From Octopus bimaculoides (lineage: Eukaryota), in contig NC_069003.1 of the NCBI RefSeq assembly GCF_001194135.2, forward strand, positions 22,897,017-22,961,016: a DNA stretch of 64,000 bases, in the 5' to 3' direction. The stretch's first letter is position 1, and the number at the start of each line of letters is the position of its first letter. The notes under the pieces were generated by a model. The model saw only the letters and a program-made list of their open reading frames with translations, ran no database searches and was not told where the DNA came from. Made by a program: the position numbers and the translations under genes. Below are positions 48,999 through 63,183 of the stretch, piece by piece.

Positions 48999-49804
48999 GG
49001 CGGGCGGGCTTCTTTCAATTTTAGACTGCATGGTTGCAGTCTAATGACTGAAAAGATGAAAAGATAAAAGCTATTTCTTATGTACGCCCGAAAGATTAGC
49101 AAGTCCGAACAGGTATCAATACGGAGCATAATGACACAGCCAGCCCATGGCAGCGTGGGTAAAAAGATTAATACATATTTATTGCTTGAGAAAAATGGAG
49201 GCACGTGGCTTGGTGGAGAGGGTATTCGGCTCACGAACGTAAGGTCGTGATGTTCGTTCGATTCACGGCGGTGCGTTGTGTTCTTGAGCGATCCACTTTA
49301 TTTCACGTTGCTCTAGTTCACTCGGTTGGCGAAAATGAATTGTATACTGTAATTCAATAGGTCAGCCTTGTCACATTCGGTGTGTCACGGTGAATCTTCC
49401 TAAGAACTATGTTAAGCGTACGCGTGTCTGTTGAGCGCTTAGCCACTTGCACGTTAATTTCCTAAGTAGGCTGTTTTGTCGATAGAATGAACTAGAACAC
49501 TCGCCGACGAAGCGCCAACTTTTGAGAACATTGAATGGTAGTCTTACCCAAGCAACAGTGACATCGAACTTATGAGACTGTTGTAGATTAGCAACAAAAC
49601 CTGTTTAGATTACATTGTATTAAGTGCTTACAGTAAGTTATTTGTGTGTATTTAAGAATGGAAATAGTGCTTCCATACTTTATCTACATCAATGCATGCG
49701 TAGAAATAAGTTTGGCACCTGGTTATATAAGTTACTTCCTCGGTTTTAGTTGGATGCTAGTTTAATGCTTGAATTTCAATGTATAATTCAATAAATAGCT
49801 AATA

Positions 49805-51548
49805 CAGTGGTACCTTGACTTACGAGTGTCCCAACAAACGAGTCTTTCGAGATACGAGCTGTCTCTCGGCCGAGTTTTTTTGCTTTGATTAGCGAACTAA
49901 AATTCGGGTTAGCAGCTAGCTTCACATACCCCACTGCTAGTTGACGTATCGAACGTCACAGTGAACGCCGTAACATCCGCCCAGCATGCCGTGTCTCACT
50001 CGATAGCTAGACAGACATGCGCGTTAGCAAGTGCGAAGATCGTTAGTGGATCGTTAGCTTGACGGGTGGTAAAATGCTTACTTCGTCGTTGCTACAGAAG
50101 CATCAATTTTGTGCTCGTCATTGTGCTTGCAGTTATTAAAATTTCGCTTTTCATGGGTCCAAAGAAAGTGAGTGCGAAGGACAGTGGTGAGAAGAAGTGG
50201 ATGATGTGCATTGAATCAAAGAAAGAAATTATCGAAAAAACATGATCAGGGTGTGCGTGTAGTGACATAGCGAAGCAGTACGAGCGTAGCACTTCTACGA
50301 TCTGCACCATACTGAAGCAGAAGGAGTCGATAAAGGCTATAACGCCTGCCAAGGTCGTTAAAATAATTTCTAAATAGCAGGCATCTATCCATGAAAATAT
50401 GGAGAAATTGCTGATGGTGTGGTTGACGGAGAAGCAGTTCGCAGGAAATACCGTGATGGAGGCTATACTCTGCAAGAAGGCACGGGCTATTTACGCTGAT
50501 TTGCTGTAGCAGACCCCAGGCACTTGTACGGACGAGGCATCGAGCGAACCGTTTAAAGCTAGTCGGGGCTGGTTCGAGAATTTTAAAAAGAAGACCGGTA
50601 TTCACTTCATCCCCTTATCAGGCATAGTTAGGCAGCGAGAGAGGACATGGAGGCAGCTGAGGATTACCTCAAAACTTTTGCCGGAATTATAGCAGCCGGA
50701 GGATACATCGGCCAGCAAGTCTTCAACTGTGACGAGACAGGACTTTAGTGGAAGAAGATACCAAGGAGGACTCATATAACGGCAGAGGAGAAGAGGATGT
50801 TTGGCCACAGACCCATGAAGGATAGGCTAACCCTTGCACTGTGCGCCAATGCGAGCGGCGACTGCAAGATTAAGCCGCTGCTCGTTATCGTTCGGAAAAC
50901 CCCAGAGCCTTTAAGTCACATACGATTTTGAAAGAAAAAACTGCAGGTTATGTGGAGGACAAATCCAAGGGAGTGGGTCACCAGGAAGTTCTTTGTGGAG
51001 TGGGTGAATTTGGTCTTTGGTCCTGACGTTAAGAAATATCTCCATGAAAATAACCTGCCCCTGCAAGCCCTTCTCGTCCTGGACAATGCACCTGCTCACC
51101 CACATAACCTCGAAGGTGACATCCTCGAAGGGTTCAAGTTTATAAAGGTTCTCTACCTTCCACCCGACACCACCCCTATCCTGCAGCTCATGGACCAGCA
51201 GGAGATTTCTAATTTCAAGAAGCTTTTCACCAAGCACCTGTTCTGCTGCTGCTTTGAGGTGAAGGAGATCACAAACCTCACCCTTCGAGAGTTCTGGAAG
51301 GACCACTACAACATCGTGCTATGCCTCAGAGTTATCGATATGGCCTGGCAGGGTGTTACAAAGAGGACCTTGACCTCTGCGTGGAAGAAGTTGCGGCCTG
51401 AGGTTGTGCCTGAAACAGACTTTGAAAGACACAAGGAGATTGTATCCTTCGGCAAGTCCTTGGGCCTGGATGTGGATGAAGGTGACAACAATGAACTCAT
51501 CGAGGAGCACTCCGAGGAACTGACAGCAGAAGAGCTAAAGAAGCCACA
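49805..51548 (+). mobile_element. Tigger/pogo (TIGD1-like) DNA transposon fossil, 3'-truncated
   Basis: TA|CAGTGGTACCTTGACTTACGA left TIR. Degraded ORF from ATG 50153 (MGPKKVSAKD...) with CENP-B-type HTH (FKASRGWFENFKKK) and DDE motifs FNCDETG, LVLDNAPAH and QLMDQ. Stops and frameshifts are present; it ends at a - strand SINE. Confidence 0.93.
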
Positions 51549-51549
51549 G

Positions 51550-51778
51550 GCGCATAACAGACTTTCTCCACGCCACCAGTGTTATCCAAGAGAAAGGCAA
51601 AGGCTGATATAGCTGGGCACCAGTGACGTGACAACTCATTTCTACAGCTGAGTGAACTGGAGCAACGTGAAATACAGTGACTTGCTCAAGAACACAGCAT
51701 ACGGCCCGGACCGAGAATAGAACTTACTACCTCATGATTGTGAACCCGACGCTCTAACCATTAAGCCATTCGCCTTCC
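51550..51778 (-). mobile_element. tRNA-derived SINE related to family C (other partial copies near 4140-4395, 11530-11700, 35935-36240, 49195-49520, 53005-53290)
   Basis: Head TGGCTTAATGGTTAGAGCG and shared core TTGAGCAAG.CACT.TATTTCAC.TTGCTCCAGT.CACTCAGCTG. Confidence 0.75.
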
Positions 51779-54182
51779 TAATAATATTCAAATATTAAAA
51801 ATACAGTAACATTTTTTTCATTTACATCGATTGGCTATGGAGGTCCAGTGGAATAAAATAGGAATCAACGGTGTCCATGGGCAAATAATGGCTGAGAACC
51901 ACTGATCTATAGAATTATAGAAGTAAATAAAACATATCCTCACAAACAGAGTGAGTAACATGGGCAGATATAAGCAATCGAGGGGTTGAAAAACACTTTT
52001 ATTATCAAGACAGCGGATTGGCAGAATCGTCAGAACGTCGGGCAAAGTACCTTGTGGTATGTCTTCCGGCTGTTTACGTTTTGGGCTCAAATCTCACTGA
52101 TGTGAAATTTTCTATTCATCTCTCCATGAATCGATAAAATAAAGTACAAAGTCAAGTACTGGGGCGATTTAATAGCCTTCTGATTATATAAAGGCCCAGC
52201 AATTTCGAGGGAGAGTTAAGTGGATTATATCGACTCCAGTGTTTAATTGGTACTTATTTTATCGACCTCGAACGGATGAACTAACTGCAAAGTCGATCTC
52301 GGTGTAATTTGAACTCAGAACATAAAGACGGATTGTTAAGCATTTTGCCTGATTTGCTGACGATTCTGCCACCCACCACCTTGTCTTCTGCCTATATTAA
52401 ACAATTAAGGTTAACAGATTGCCTGAATCGTTAGAGCACCGGAAAATGCCTTGCGGTATTTAGTTATGGCTCTTTACGACCCGAGTTCAAATTCTACCGA
52501 GATAGATAAAATAGTCTGTCAAGTATAATTAACTATACTCTTCTTACACATTTCAGACTTTGTCTCTGTTAGGATGTTAGGGTTCATTATTATCGTTGTT
52601 GGATATCTTCCTTATAGAGCATATTCATTCATACTTATAGAGCAATTTCAATTATACAGATGATTGTTTTTAGGGACTGAGATAATTGTTTGTTTCAGAT
52701 GATTTAAAGCCAAATTTTAGGGACGGTTTATTTCAAAACTTAAATCTTTTCCAGAGTGTATCATTAAAAGGTTTCTAAAATGCTTTAAAATCAAATGTGA
52801 TTTAAAATGATAAACCAACTCTAGAACTGAGACGCTTCTAACACCGTAAAAGTACGAAATAATTAGGACCGCACCGTACTACAAGTCTGTACAATAATAA
52901 ATAATATGTAATAAACTTCGATTTTCCATGCTTGATATTTTCTGTATGTGATGAAACTGCGTGGAAAATAACCTGATATCATGATTTAAATAAATTAAAC
53001 AGGGTTACTGCTGAGCCGGTCAATGGAACAGCCTACTTGTGAAATTAACGTGCAAGTGGCTGAGTACTCCACAGACACGCGTAGTTCTCAGGGAGATTCA
53101 GCCTGACACAGAGTGTGACAAGGCTGGCCCTTTGAATTACAGGAACTACTCATTTTTACCAGCTAAATAGACTGCAACAAAGTGAAATATAGTCTCTTGT
53201 TAAAAAATACAACGCGAAGCCAAAAATCGAACTCCCGACCTTATTAACACGAACTGAATACCATAACCACCAAGTCACGCGCTTTCATAAATTTCGGATC
53301 AAGATGCTGACATCATAGAGTAGCATGGCAACAACTTTCTCAAGAACTGCGAAAATGTATGTTAACGCAAAATGCCAACTAGTATTACAACAATTTTCTT
53401 AAGAACATGAACAAATTTTAGAACAAGACGCTGAAAACATAGTTAATTGTCAAAACAGACAAAGAAGGATTTGAATTCTGCAAGACCGCATGATGTAGAC
53501 TCAATGCTAGAAATAGCTGTCAATTTATCCGGTATAGGCTTAATGGATGTGAAAAATGGATGTGACGCACTAATGTCGTGGGAGAGCGCACTGGATGAAC
53601 GTTGGCCTATCCTAATTTTGGTACTTGTTGTAAATCCGGTGCAATCAATATCCTAGAAGCACCAGATTTATTTAATGTACTACATAAATCGTTCATACTT
53701 GATTCACTTAATACAAAATATTTCAGGAAGAACATTCGGAGGTTCAATAGTGTTATTGTCAAGTGTTACACGAAAGCAAACAAATGATGCTACAGTTGCT
53801 CGAAGCCTTTCCACTTAAAGAATTCATAGAGTTGTTTACAGATTTGTTTTTAGGACACCAAGAAATGCTGTTACTGATGCGCCATCCTGTCTGCAAACTT
53901 ACTTCTACGATTTTCATGAGCAAATTCATTCGTCAGCATATGGCAGATAATGGAAGAGAAAACAATTGATGCTGTTATTTTCCTTACGCTTCATCCTGCT
54001 ACAAATATACCATGGTTATTGGCATTAGCAACAGGTCTGAAAAAAGAAATAATTCACATGCTGGAGAACTACCACCCAACTCCATGCTAGAGGCTGACGT
54101 ATAAAACATATTCAGTCTATCTGAATCTATTCCACCAGGGACACTGTGGTTCAGCAGTGTAGCTAGTTCTAAAGTTAGGGAT

Positions 54183-54571
54183 GTGTGTGTGTTGGCACTC
54201 CGTCGCTTACGACGTCGAGGGTTCCAGTTGATCCGATCAACGGAACAGCCTGCTCGTGAAATTAACGTGCAAGTGGCTGAGCACTCCACAGACACGTGTA
54301 CCCTTAACGTAGTTCTCGGGGATATTCAGCGTGACACAGTGTGACAAGGCTGACCCTTTGAATTACAGGCACAACAGAAACAGGAAGTAAGAGTGAGAGA
54401 AAGTTGTGGTGGAAGAGTACAGCAGGGTTCGCCACCACCCCCTGCCGGAGCCTCGTGGAGCTTTAGGTGTTTTCGCTCAATAAACACTCACAACGCCCGG
54501 TCTGGGAAACGAAACTGCGATCCTATGACCGCGAATCCGCTGCCCTAACCACTGGTCCATTGCGCCTCCAC
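54183..54571 (-). mobile_element. tRNA-derived SINE, family C, young full-length copy
   Basis: Perfect 12-bp TSD AAAGTTAGGGAT at 54171-54182 and 54572-54583; CpGs are retained. Confidence 0.92.
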
Positions 54572-54839
54572 AAAGTTAGGGATAGCGAGTACATAAAAAG
54601 AAAGGCGCACAGACACACACCAAGCAATTTTAAATTCATTTCTCTTATATTATGCGAAATATTTCATTAATTATAATATACGTCAGTGTATTCTACATTC
54701 ATTAATCTCATGTTTCAGTATTAATGTCATTATGTATGAAAGTTTCAACTACTGATATAGGTGTGACGTGAAAAAGATGAAACTCAACGGGATCGTCCAG
54801 GGTTGAGAGGTTATGACATCAAGATTTGTTTTTGTTCTT

Positions 54840-55420
54840 CAGATGTCAGCGGCTACCAACTCTTCACAGAAGATTAAGCAGGCAGCTCACAAATATATTA
54901 ATGACTTCTAGAAAGTTCTTCCAGTGTCATGTGATGAACAAAAATAAAAAAAAGGGAGAAAAAAAGAAATTCGACTTGAAATCTAGGAACCTGAAATAAC
55001 GATTGATTCTCAGAAAATATAGAAAAGAAAAATAGCGATGCAAGCAAAAAATCGACATGTAGCAACTGATGTAGACACTGTGGAATTAACCATCCCAAAT
55101 CATAAGGGATGGTCCAGGAAGGTCTGAAATTGTTATCACGATGCTTATTTGCATATGTAAAATGATGTGAACAAAACAATACGCAATGCAACGTTTAAAA
55201 AGTATGTTGTTGAAGACAAAAAAATAGATGAACTTGCAGCGATGTAAAGTGTATACGCAGTTATTACATGAAGGAATACCGGTGGAGTATTTCGGTCAAA
55301 ACATATGTGAAATATAAGCCATTACAGACAAATCCCAATGAGCTGGGACAGAGGAAAAAGTGTGCTTAGTAGTTGCAATTACTTCTCCAGTAGATGATAA
55401 CTTGCCGCCAAGGATTAACA
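54840..55420 (+). mobile_element. Possible very decayed RLE-LINE C-terminal remnant
   Basis: Only weak motif fragments (CRHCG near 55070; KVCLVVAITSPVDDN near 55355) resembling the zinc knuckle and endonuclease region. Confidence 0.25.
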
Positions 55421-56214
55421 ATATATATGCACAAACATATATATATACATATACCCAGAAACTCGAGTCCGTACGTATCGCAGATCAAGATGGGAAGGAT
55501 GACTTCCCTTTGCAAATACAGACAGGACACAGATGTGTGTCGATAGCCAACTGGAGGAGATGTTCTCCTGGGGCTAAAAGCAACAGTAACATCCACCCTT
55601 AGGGGTCAGCCACATTTAAGTGGCAAATATACTTCAGCCATATATATATATATATAAATATATATATATACATGTGTATATATATATATATATATATATN
55701 NNNNNNNNNNNNNNNNNNNNNNNNNNNNNNNNNNNNNNNNNNNNNNNNNNNNNNNNNNNNNNNNNNNNNNNNNNNNNNNNNNNNNNNNNNNNNNNNNNNN
55801 NNNNNNNNNNNNNNNNNNNNNNNNNNNNNNNNNNNNNNNNNNNNNNNNNNNNNNNNNNNNNNNNNNNNNNNNNNNNNNNNNNNNNNNNNNNNNNNNNNNN
55901 NNNNNNNNNNNNNNNNNNNNNNNNNNNNNNNNNNNNNNNNNNNNNNNNNNNNNNNNNNNNNNNNNNNNNNNNNNNNNNNNNNNNNNNNNNNNNNNNNNNN
56001 NNNNNNNNNNNNNNNNNNNNNNNNNNNNNNNNNNNNNNNNNNNNNNNNNNNNNNNNNNNNNNNNNNNNNNNNNNNNNNNNNNNNNNNNNNNNNNNNNNNN
56101 NNNNNNNNNNNNNNNNNNNNNNNNNNNNNNNNNNNNNNNNNNNNNNNNNNNNNNNNNNNNNNNNNNNNNNNNNNNNNNNNNNNNNNNNNNNNNNNNNNNN
56201 NNNNNNNNNNNNNN

Positions 56215-56292
<78 letters not shown>

Positions 56293-56581
56293 CATATATA
56301 CATGTATATATACACATATATACATATATTTACATATATATATATACATATATTTACATATATATATATACATATATTTACATATATATATACATACATA
56401 TATTTACATATATATACATACATTTATATATACATATATAAATACATATATACATATATATACACATATATATATACATATAATAATAAAGGGTAAAATC
56501 AATAATGATTTTATCAGGTAGCCAGTGCGGAAAATAAAAACCTTTTAGGTAAATTTTACGTATTATTTTCTAATTAGATAC

Positions 56582-56728
56582 ATAATTATAACAAGGGGTC
56601 AGCTTAATGCATCACCACGCGCTGCTAAAAATAGACGTTAAAGTATTTTAAGGTAGTAAAAAAAGACTTTAACGTCTATTTTTAGCAGTGCGTGGTGATG
56701 CTTTAAGCTGACCCGTTGTTATAATTAT
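56582..56728. repeat. Inverted repeat (arms about 63 bp)
   Basis: 56582-56644 pairs with 56666-56728. Confidence 0.88.
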
Positions 56729-56789
56729 TTATATAATTATAAAATAATTCGTATATTTACATACATACATACGTTCATACATACATACA

Positions 56790-56863
<74 letters not shown>

Positions 56864-56997
56864 AATTAAAAGGGTAAAGGATTATCAATTTATTAATTAA
56901 TAAATCAATTAACAATTAATAATTTTTACCAAGCCCATCGGTATGAAAGCACCATTATTGGTGGAGAACTTATTTAAAAGCTCATATATATTTATAA

Positions 56998-57057
56998 ATA
57001 TAATTAAGGGATCAGCAAATATTTGCTTCACCATATTTGCTGATCCCTTAATTATAT
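56998..57057. repeat. Short perfect hairpin (25-bp arms)
   Basis: ATATAATTAAGGGATCAGCAAATAT and its exact reverse complement. Confidence 0.88.
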
Positions 57058-57710
57058 ATATATATATATAGATTTGCGTGGCTTAGTGGTTAAGGGTGTT
57101 GGACTCATGATCGTAAGATTGTGGTTTCGGTTCCTGGACCGGGCGATGCGTTGCTACAGTCCACTCAGCCGGCAAAAATGAGTAATCCTGCGACGGATCG
57201 GCGTCCCGTCCAGGTGGGGAATATATACGTCACTGAAACGTGGAAACCGGCCCTTATGAACCTGGCTTGGCTCGAGAAGGAAACATTTGTTATTTAAAAA
57301 AAAAAATTATATATAGTTAATTGAGATTCGGTTAAAGACCTTGTAGAATGCTGTGCAAAGCTCACCCACAATTACTGGTTACTTGATTTCATCATACAGT
57401 GGAAATGCTATTGCTACTGAATATACACCAGGAATCGCATAGCACTCGTAGAGTTTTATATAAATAGCCAAATGAAAGAGAATGAAATTAACGACATTCT
57501 TTATTTAAAAATTACTACAATTCTTTCGACGCATTCTCACACCTGTAGTACATTAGTGAAATGTTGTGCAATCATCATTATCTTGCATCAAATTGAATGA
57601 AATGGCGTGAGGATCTAACGAGGAACTTATTTAAACAATCACCAGAGGAGGCGCATTCTACACCTAGGGTGTATGATAACGATTGCGCAACTTCCATTTT
57701 CGTTCATTCC

Positions 57711-58150
57711 TCCTCTCTCTCTCTCTCCCTCCTTCTCTCTCTCTCCCTCCTTCTCTCTCTCTCCCTCCTTCTCTCTCTCTCCCTCCTTCTCTCTCTCTCC
57801 CTCCTTCTCTCTNNNNNNNNNNNNNNNNNNNNNNNNNNNNNNNNNNNNNNNNNNNNNNNNNNNNNNNNNNNNNNNNNNNNNNNNNNNNNNNNNNNNNNNN
57901 NNNNNNNNNNNNNNNNNNNNNNNNNNNNNNNNNNNNNNNNNNNNNNNNNNNNNNNNNNNNNNNNNNNNNNNNNNNNNNNNNNNNNCTTCTCTCTCTCTCC
58001 CTCCTCTCTCTCTCCCTCCTTCTCTCTCTCTCCCTCCTTCTCTCTCTCTCTCTCCTTCTCTCTCTCTCCCTCCTTCTCTCTCTCTCTCCCTCCTTCTCTC
58101 TCTCTCTCCCTCCTTCTCTCTCTCCCTCCTTCTCTCTCTCTCCCTCCTTC
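57711..58150. repeat. CT-rich minisatellite, unit about 18 bp (CTCTCTCTCTCCCTCCTT), with internal gap
   Basis: Tandem units are visible on both sides of the N run. Confidence 0.9.
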
Positions 58151-59145
58151 TCTCTCTCATTAGTTAACCATATATATATATGTGGTTAACTAACGAGAAT
58201 TCTGCCATTACTTCAACAGTTCTATAGATTTAATCCAACAATTATTGGGGACATGGCTAATTAGGAAATTACAATTACAAGGCATTTTGTGAATTATTTC
58301 CAGAAATACGACCTATAGCGTTTTAGTTTATTCAAACTCTCACAGTAAAAGCTATACTGAAGTACTACATTCATAGTTGAATAGTTTGTCTTACGTCATT
58401 TTTGTGCATATGTAAGTATGTAAACACACATATACATACGCATACATACGCATACACACACTCACGCACGCACACATACACACACGCACACGCGCAGAGC
58501 CGTACATGCATATATGACTACCTGGTGAATGCATGTATTTTCAAGCGCTTCTTTCTAGGTAGAAATAAACTACAAAAGAACTAACGAAAAACAAAACTAA
58601 AACCAAAACCAGAAGAATATGTAGTTAGTGATCAGATAAAAGAAACAATACCAGCTGATGACATTAATTTCTTATCTGATTTATTTCTCTGAAATTGTCC
58701 ATTTTACACGTGCAACAGGAAAATGAAAAGCAACAAATGATTCGCCATTTCAGTTATTTACGATTACAATTTCTCTGATACTTAGAAAGCTATGTTGTTT
58801 TGTTGTTGTTGCTGTTATGCTTTCTTGTTTTTCGTAATACGGCACGTTGTATCCTTGCGTAATACCCTTTATTTCAATACGCAATACGTTTAAAAAATAT
58901 ACTGTTGAAGAAAAGAAAAAAAAGATTAACTTACAGCGACGTGGAGCGTATATTCAGTCATTACATAAAGCAATACCGGTGGAATATTTCGGTCAAAACA
59001 CATGTAAAATATAAGCCTAACAGACAAATCCCAATGAGCAAAAATGAGTAGCACCTGTATTTCAATGAATCAGCCTTGTCACATTGTGTCACACTGAATC
59101 TCTCTGAGAACTACGCCAAGGATACGCATGTTGTGGAGTGCGATA

Positions 59146-59575
59146 ATCGTTCCATGACATGGCTAAGTTAGATTTCCCCCTCTTGAAATCTTTAAGTACA
59201 GTTTTGTCTACCAGGAGTTGATCCTTGGTGTCTCAGCACTTACGCTTGCAACCCTTCTGCTCATGTGGCAGGGCTCCATTTTTCCCCAGATGTCCGTACA
59301 TTGACTCTGCGACTATTCCAGTCAATAATTTCCACATAAGTGGCAAGCAGGATATCGGCCTGTATTTGTCTACCGTATTGCCTTTTTCGATGTTTTTCAA
59401 GCACAGCACTGTCCTACCCATTGTCAACCACTCTGGTGTTCCCTGGTCGGCATTCAACAAGGCGTTGAGTTGCGCAGCTGTTCGTGCATGACTTTCACCA
59501 AATCTTTTGATCCAGTAGCCTTGAACTCCATCTGGTCTTGGGGGCCTTCAAGTAGGCCATTTTTTGCTGATTTCC
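59146..59575 (-). mobile_element. Reverse-transcriptase fragment of an R4/Dong-like non-LTR retrotransposon
   Basis: [10 protein letters not shown] ... GRTVLCLK...[17 protein letters not shown]...LPHEQKG...KDQLLVDK...NLAMSW, covering RT domains 0-3; abuts a (TAA)n array. Confidence 0.8.
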
Positions 59576-59642
<67 letters not shown>

Positions 59643-59667
59643 CATTATCATTACTATTATTATTCAG
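59576..59667. repeat. (TTA)n microsatellite
   Basis: Direct inspection. Confidence 0.95.
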
Positions 59668-62600
59668 TAATTTTATTTTTATAACGTGCTTTCACTTCAC
59701 TACCGAGCGCAGCTCTGTGTGCCTTGGGTATGTGCTGTGGTTTGCTGTGATGCTCTTATGGTTACTGTATTGAAAGTGTTTTACGTAGGATTTATTATTA
59801 TTAAGTGTGTGAGCTGGCAGAACCGTTAGCACGCCGGGCAAGATGCTTAGCAGCATGTCGTCCGTTTTATGTTCTGAGTTCAAATTCCACCGAGGTCGAC
59901 TTTAACTTTCATCCTTTCGAGGTCGATAAAATAAGTACCAGTTGAACACTGGGGGTTGATGCAATCGACTTGCGCCCTCCACATTATGAATGTGTGCACG
60001 CGTGCGTAATATACTGTAATTTAGCCTCTTGATCGAGAAGAGATATAACAATCCCTTGTTTTTGTCCAGATATAGTTTGTCTGGGTCGTCATTATCTAAT
60101 ATATCGACTTCTTCAAGACGGTAAAATATGGTATGAAGAATATGCGGTCCTTATTTCTATCTGCGTAAACGATCCTGCAGTGGGCTGGTTTCTAACGCAG
60201 GTTCTCAACATTCCTACATTCCTTGACGTAACACGTCCCTGAGGCGACGAAAGCTAAGCTATTTGTAGACAAAGAAAGTTATTATTACAAATAAGCTGCA
60301 GGGATAAGAATATTACTGAACAGGATAAATTACAAAATGGCGGAAAATTTGAAGATAGACACTAACAAAGTGGAGAATTATGTGCATATAAGAGAAAGAT
60401 ATGTGACAGAAGCAATATTAATACTGAGATGTCATATTTAACCCCACTTAAACGTGGATATTCTGTTAGAAAAAACTATACTGCGGTAGATAATATAGGA
60501 GAAACTCTCATATTGGATTCTGGTGCCAATTGCACTCTTGTTTATGTCGCTAGCGGAGAGATAAATCCCCGCCATCTCCAGGGCAGAGACCACTAGATCA
60601 CATGATTTCGACCTTCATTGGTCTCGTCTATGATGGATGCTCGACCGTTATATATAGCAGTGACTCTTCTCTCTGCCAGCGATATAAAGAAAAACAATGT
60701 CAGAACAGGCGCTGGTGTCACGATTAGCCAGTGAGCTTGTTAGAGAGAGAGATAGAGAGAGGAAGAAGAGAGAAGGAGGAGGGAGAGAGAGCGCGCGGAA
60801 AAGAGAGAAGGAATAGGAGGAGAGAGAGAGACAGAGAAAGAAAAAAATTAAACACTGAGTGCGAGTCAGAATTTCGGAGAATTGAAGCAACATTCATGAA
60901 CAGTAACAATTATCGCTGTCATCATCAACTCTTTCCTCCATCCTTCATCCTCATCCTCCTAACATCCTTGTCCACCTCCTTCGTCCTCCACATTATCACA
61001 TTTCTTCCTTCCTCTGAATCATATTTCCCACCTCATCGTTATCATAATCAGAGCAAAGCTGTCGCAAATGCAGCGAGTAAGTTTTGCAATTTAAACAACA
61101 ATAATAAACATATAGAAAATATGATAATTTAAAGTATTTATTTGTTTCGAGGTTTGAAGAAAAAAATTATAAATTGATTCGATTGATGGTTATGGATAAT
61201 TTGAATTGAAGAGATGGAAAGATATCTGTCAGTATTTTCAGTGGCTGTCTTAAATAGACGGCACCATTATGAATGCATGCTTCTGGTGACCTTACATGAA
61301 TTTCTCTGCAAAATGATTAAGTTCTTATGAATGTGGTTTAGAAAATGCGAAAGGAGTGTCGCATGATAAAAAAAGAATGAAATAAAATAAAGAAGTGAAA
61401 AGAGTATTGGGTATTTTCATCACCCGTATGGTTAAGTAGCTATTCTGCTATAATAACGATTTCTACAAAGTCTTACGCATTTAATGTAATGTTGCATTAA
61501 TGAGCAAACGACCGACCGGTCGTTTATTGGATGCTGAACACATCACATATTCACCGTTTACGTGTTAACTTTTCTTTACATTCAAACGATTTGGATGGCT
61601 TCCTCGTTCAATGTAACATATCATAACCAGTGTCACAGCGCTATTAACGTCACGTTAACACCACTACTGCTTCATATCCATCATCTCCATTGATTATCAT
61701 AATTTTCATTCTCCGTTCGCTTCTATCACCATTACATTAATTACAATCATAAACAACACAAATATCGTCATTATCACCTATTAATTATATCACTATAAAC
61801 TTCATTACTATATTAGCAATATCAATCCACCACCACAGCAATGGCTTTGTTGGTTTTTTCCTGTCATTTTTCATGTGATGCAGCCCATCTGCTTATTGAT
61901 TTCTTATAAGAAAGAACAAGGTTGGCACTAATGACATTTGGATGTCCTGTGATACTGGTGAGGATGTATCGGTCAATGACTGGAGAAGTAATTCCATAAG
62001 ACGAGTTTAGTTCTGGGACTGAGAGATACAATATGATACACAGTAAGTGTGAAAAAAGAGGGAAGGAATGTGTATCAACAAAATAGGGCTCTTTTAAATT
62101 TAGGATTCACGTTCAACATCTTCCCAGATATATGAGCAACATCCCAAAGATATGTAGGAAGTTAGGAATCGGTGCTTTATTGATTCGATTTCGAAGCTAT
62201 GTCTTCAGAATAGAGAAAGTTATAGGGGCGCTGAGAGTTGATTTTTTTCGTTAGAAAGATGTACGAGTGCAGGACTGTTTCCTTCATTGTGCGTTTGCGC
62301 TTTATAAGGAAGCAAGGTTGCAATTTCTTATCAGCTTGCTTTGTAGTATTGTTTTGATGTCACTATCCAAAGAAGCATTTTGAATTTGATACCAGCAGTC
62401 TAGTTTGTTCATGAATGGAAACATGCAGATATGAAAGGGGTCTAATATAGATAGAAACATGTATGGTTATAAGCTGAAGAAAGTAGGTTAATGTTGCGAA
62501 GGAAGATGTTGGAGGATGGTTCTATAGCAGAAGCGTGTTCGTTCTTTATCTTTAGGTACCCATTTTGGCTCATCATGTGATGAGCCAACTTCAGCTATTT

Positions 62601-63133
62601 AGAGGAAGCTTTTCCTTCTAATTTTTTAGTTAGGTGGATTGCCACGAGCGAGCTCGGATCTTCGGCATGAGAGCAGTTTATTCGGCTTTGCAACTTCAAT
62701 GAGGAGAGAATTGTAGCAGGGTTTCTCGACGCCATACTTAGTGTTTTTCCAACGTTCATCTTCATCCTCAAGAAGTACTTTGAAATTATGTATTCTATTT
62801 GACAGATTTATTCATGTTATACCTGTTTGCTGTATTTCCTGTTAGTGGTGGGATAAATATTCAACTTGGCTTTGTATTTTCTTAATGTTATTCATCATAT
62901 TAACCCAGAAGACATATATTATCAGGGTTTAAGCCACATTGCATCACTTATCACTTCGTTAAAGTTCTTTTTCAAATATTGTAATGGTAGATAAACACCT
63001 TCGGATTGCAGATGATAGGTAAATTTCTATTCCACTTATAAATAGTTTTTGTTCTCTTTTAGTGAGAAATGCGGCACCAGTGATATTTTCAGGGACCTCA
63101 AAACTTGTGATACTGTAGAAATAATAGTAGTGG

Positions 63134-63183
<50 letters not shown>

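Noticed and set aside
58650-58710. Second hammerhead (CTGATGA...GAAA)
   Set aside because: No stem II or stem I complementarity.
62100-62900. Penelope RT/GIY-YIG remnant
   Set aside because: Motif resemblance is too weak to call without a profile search.
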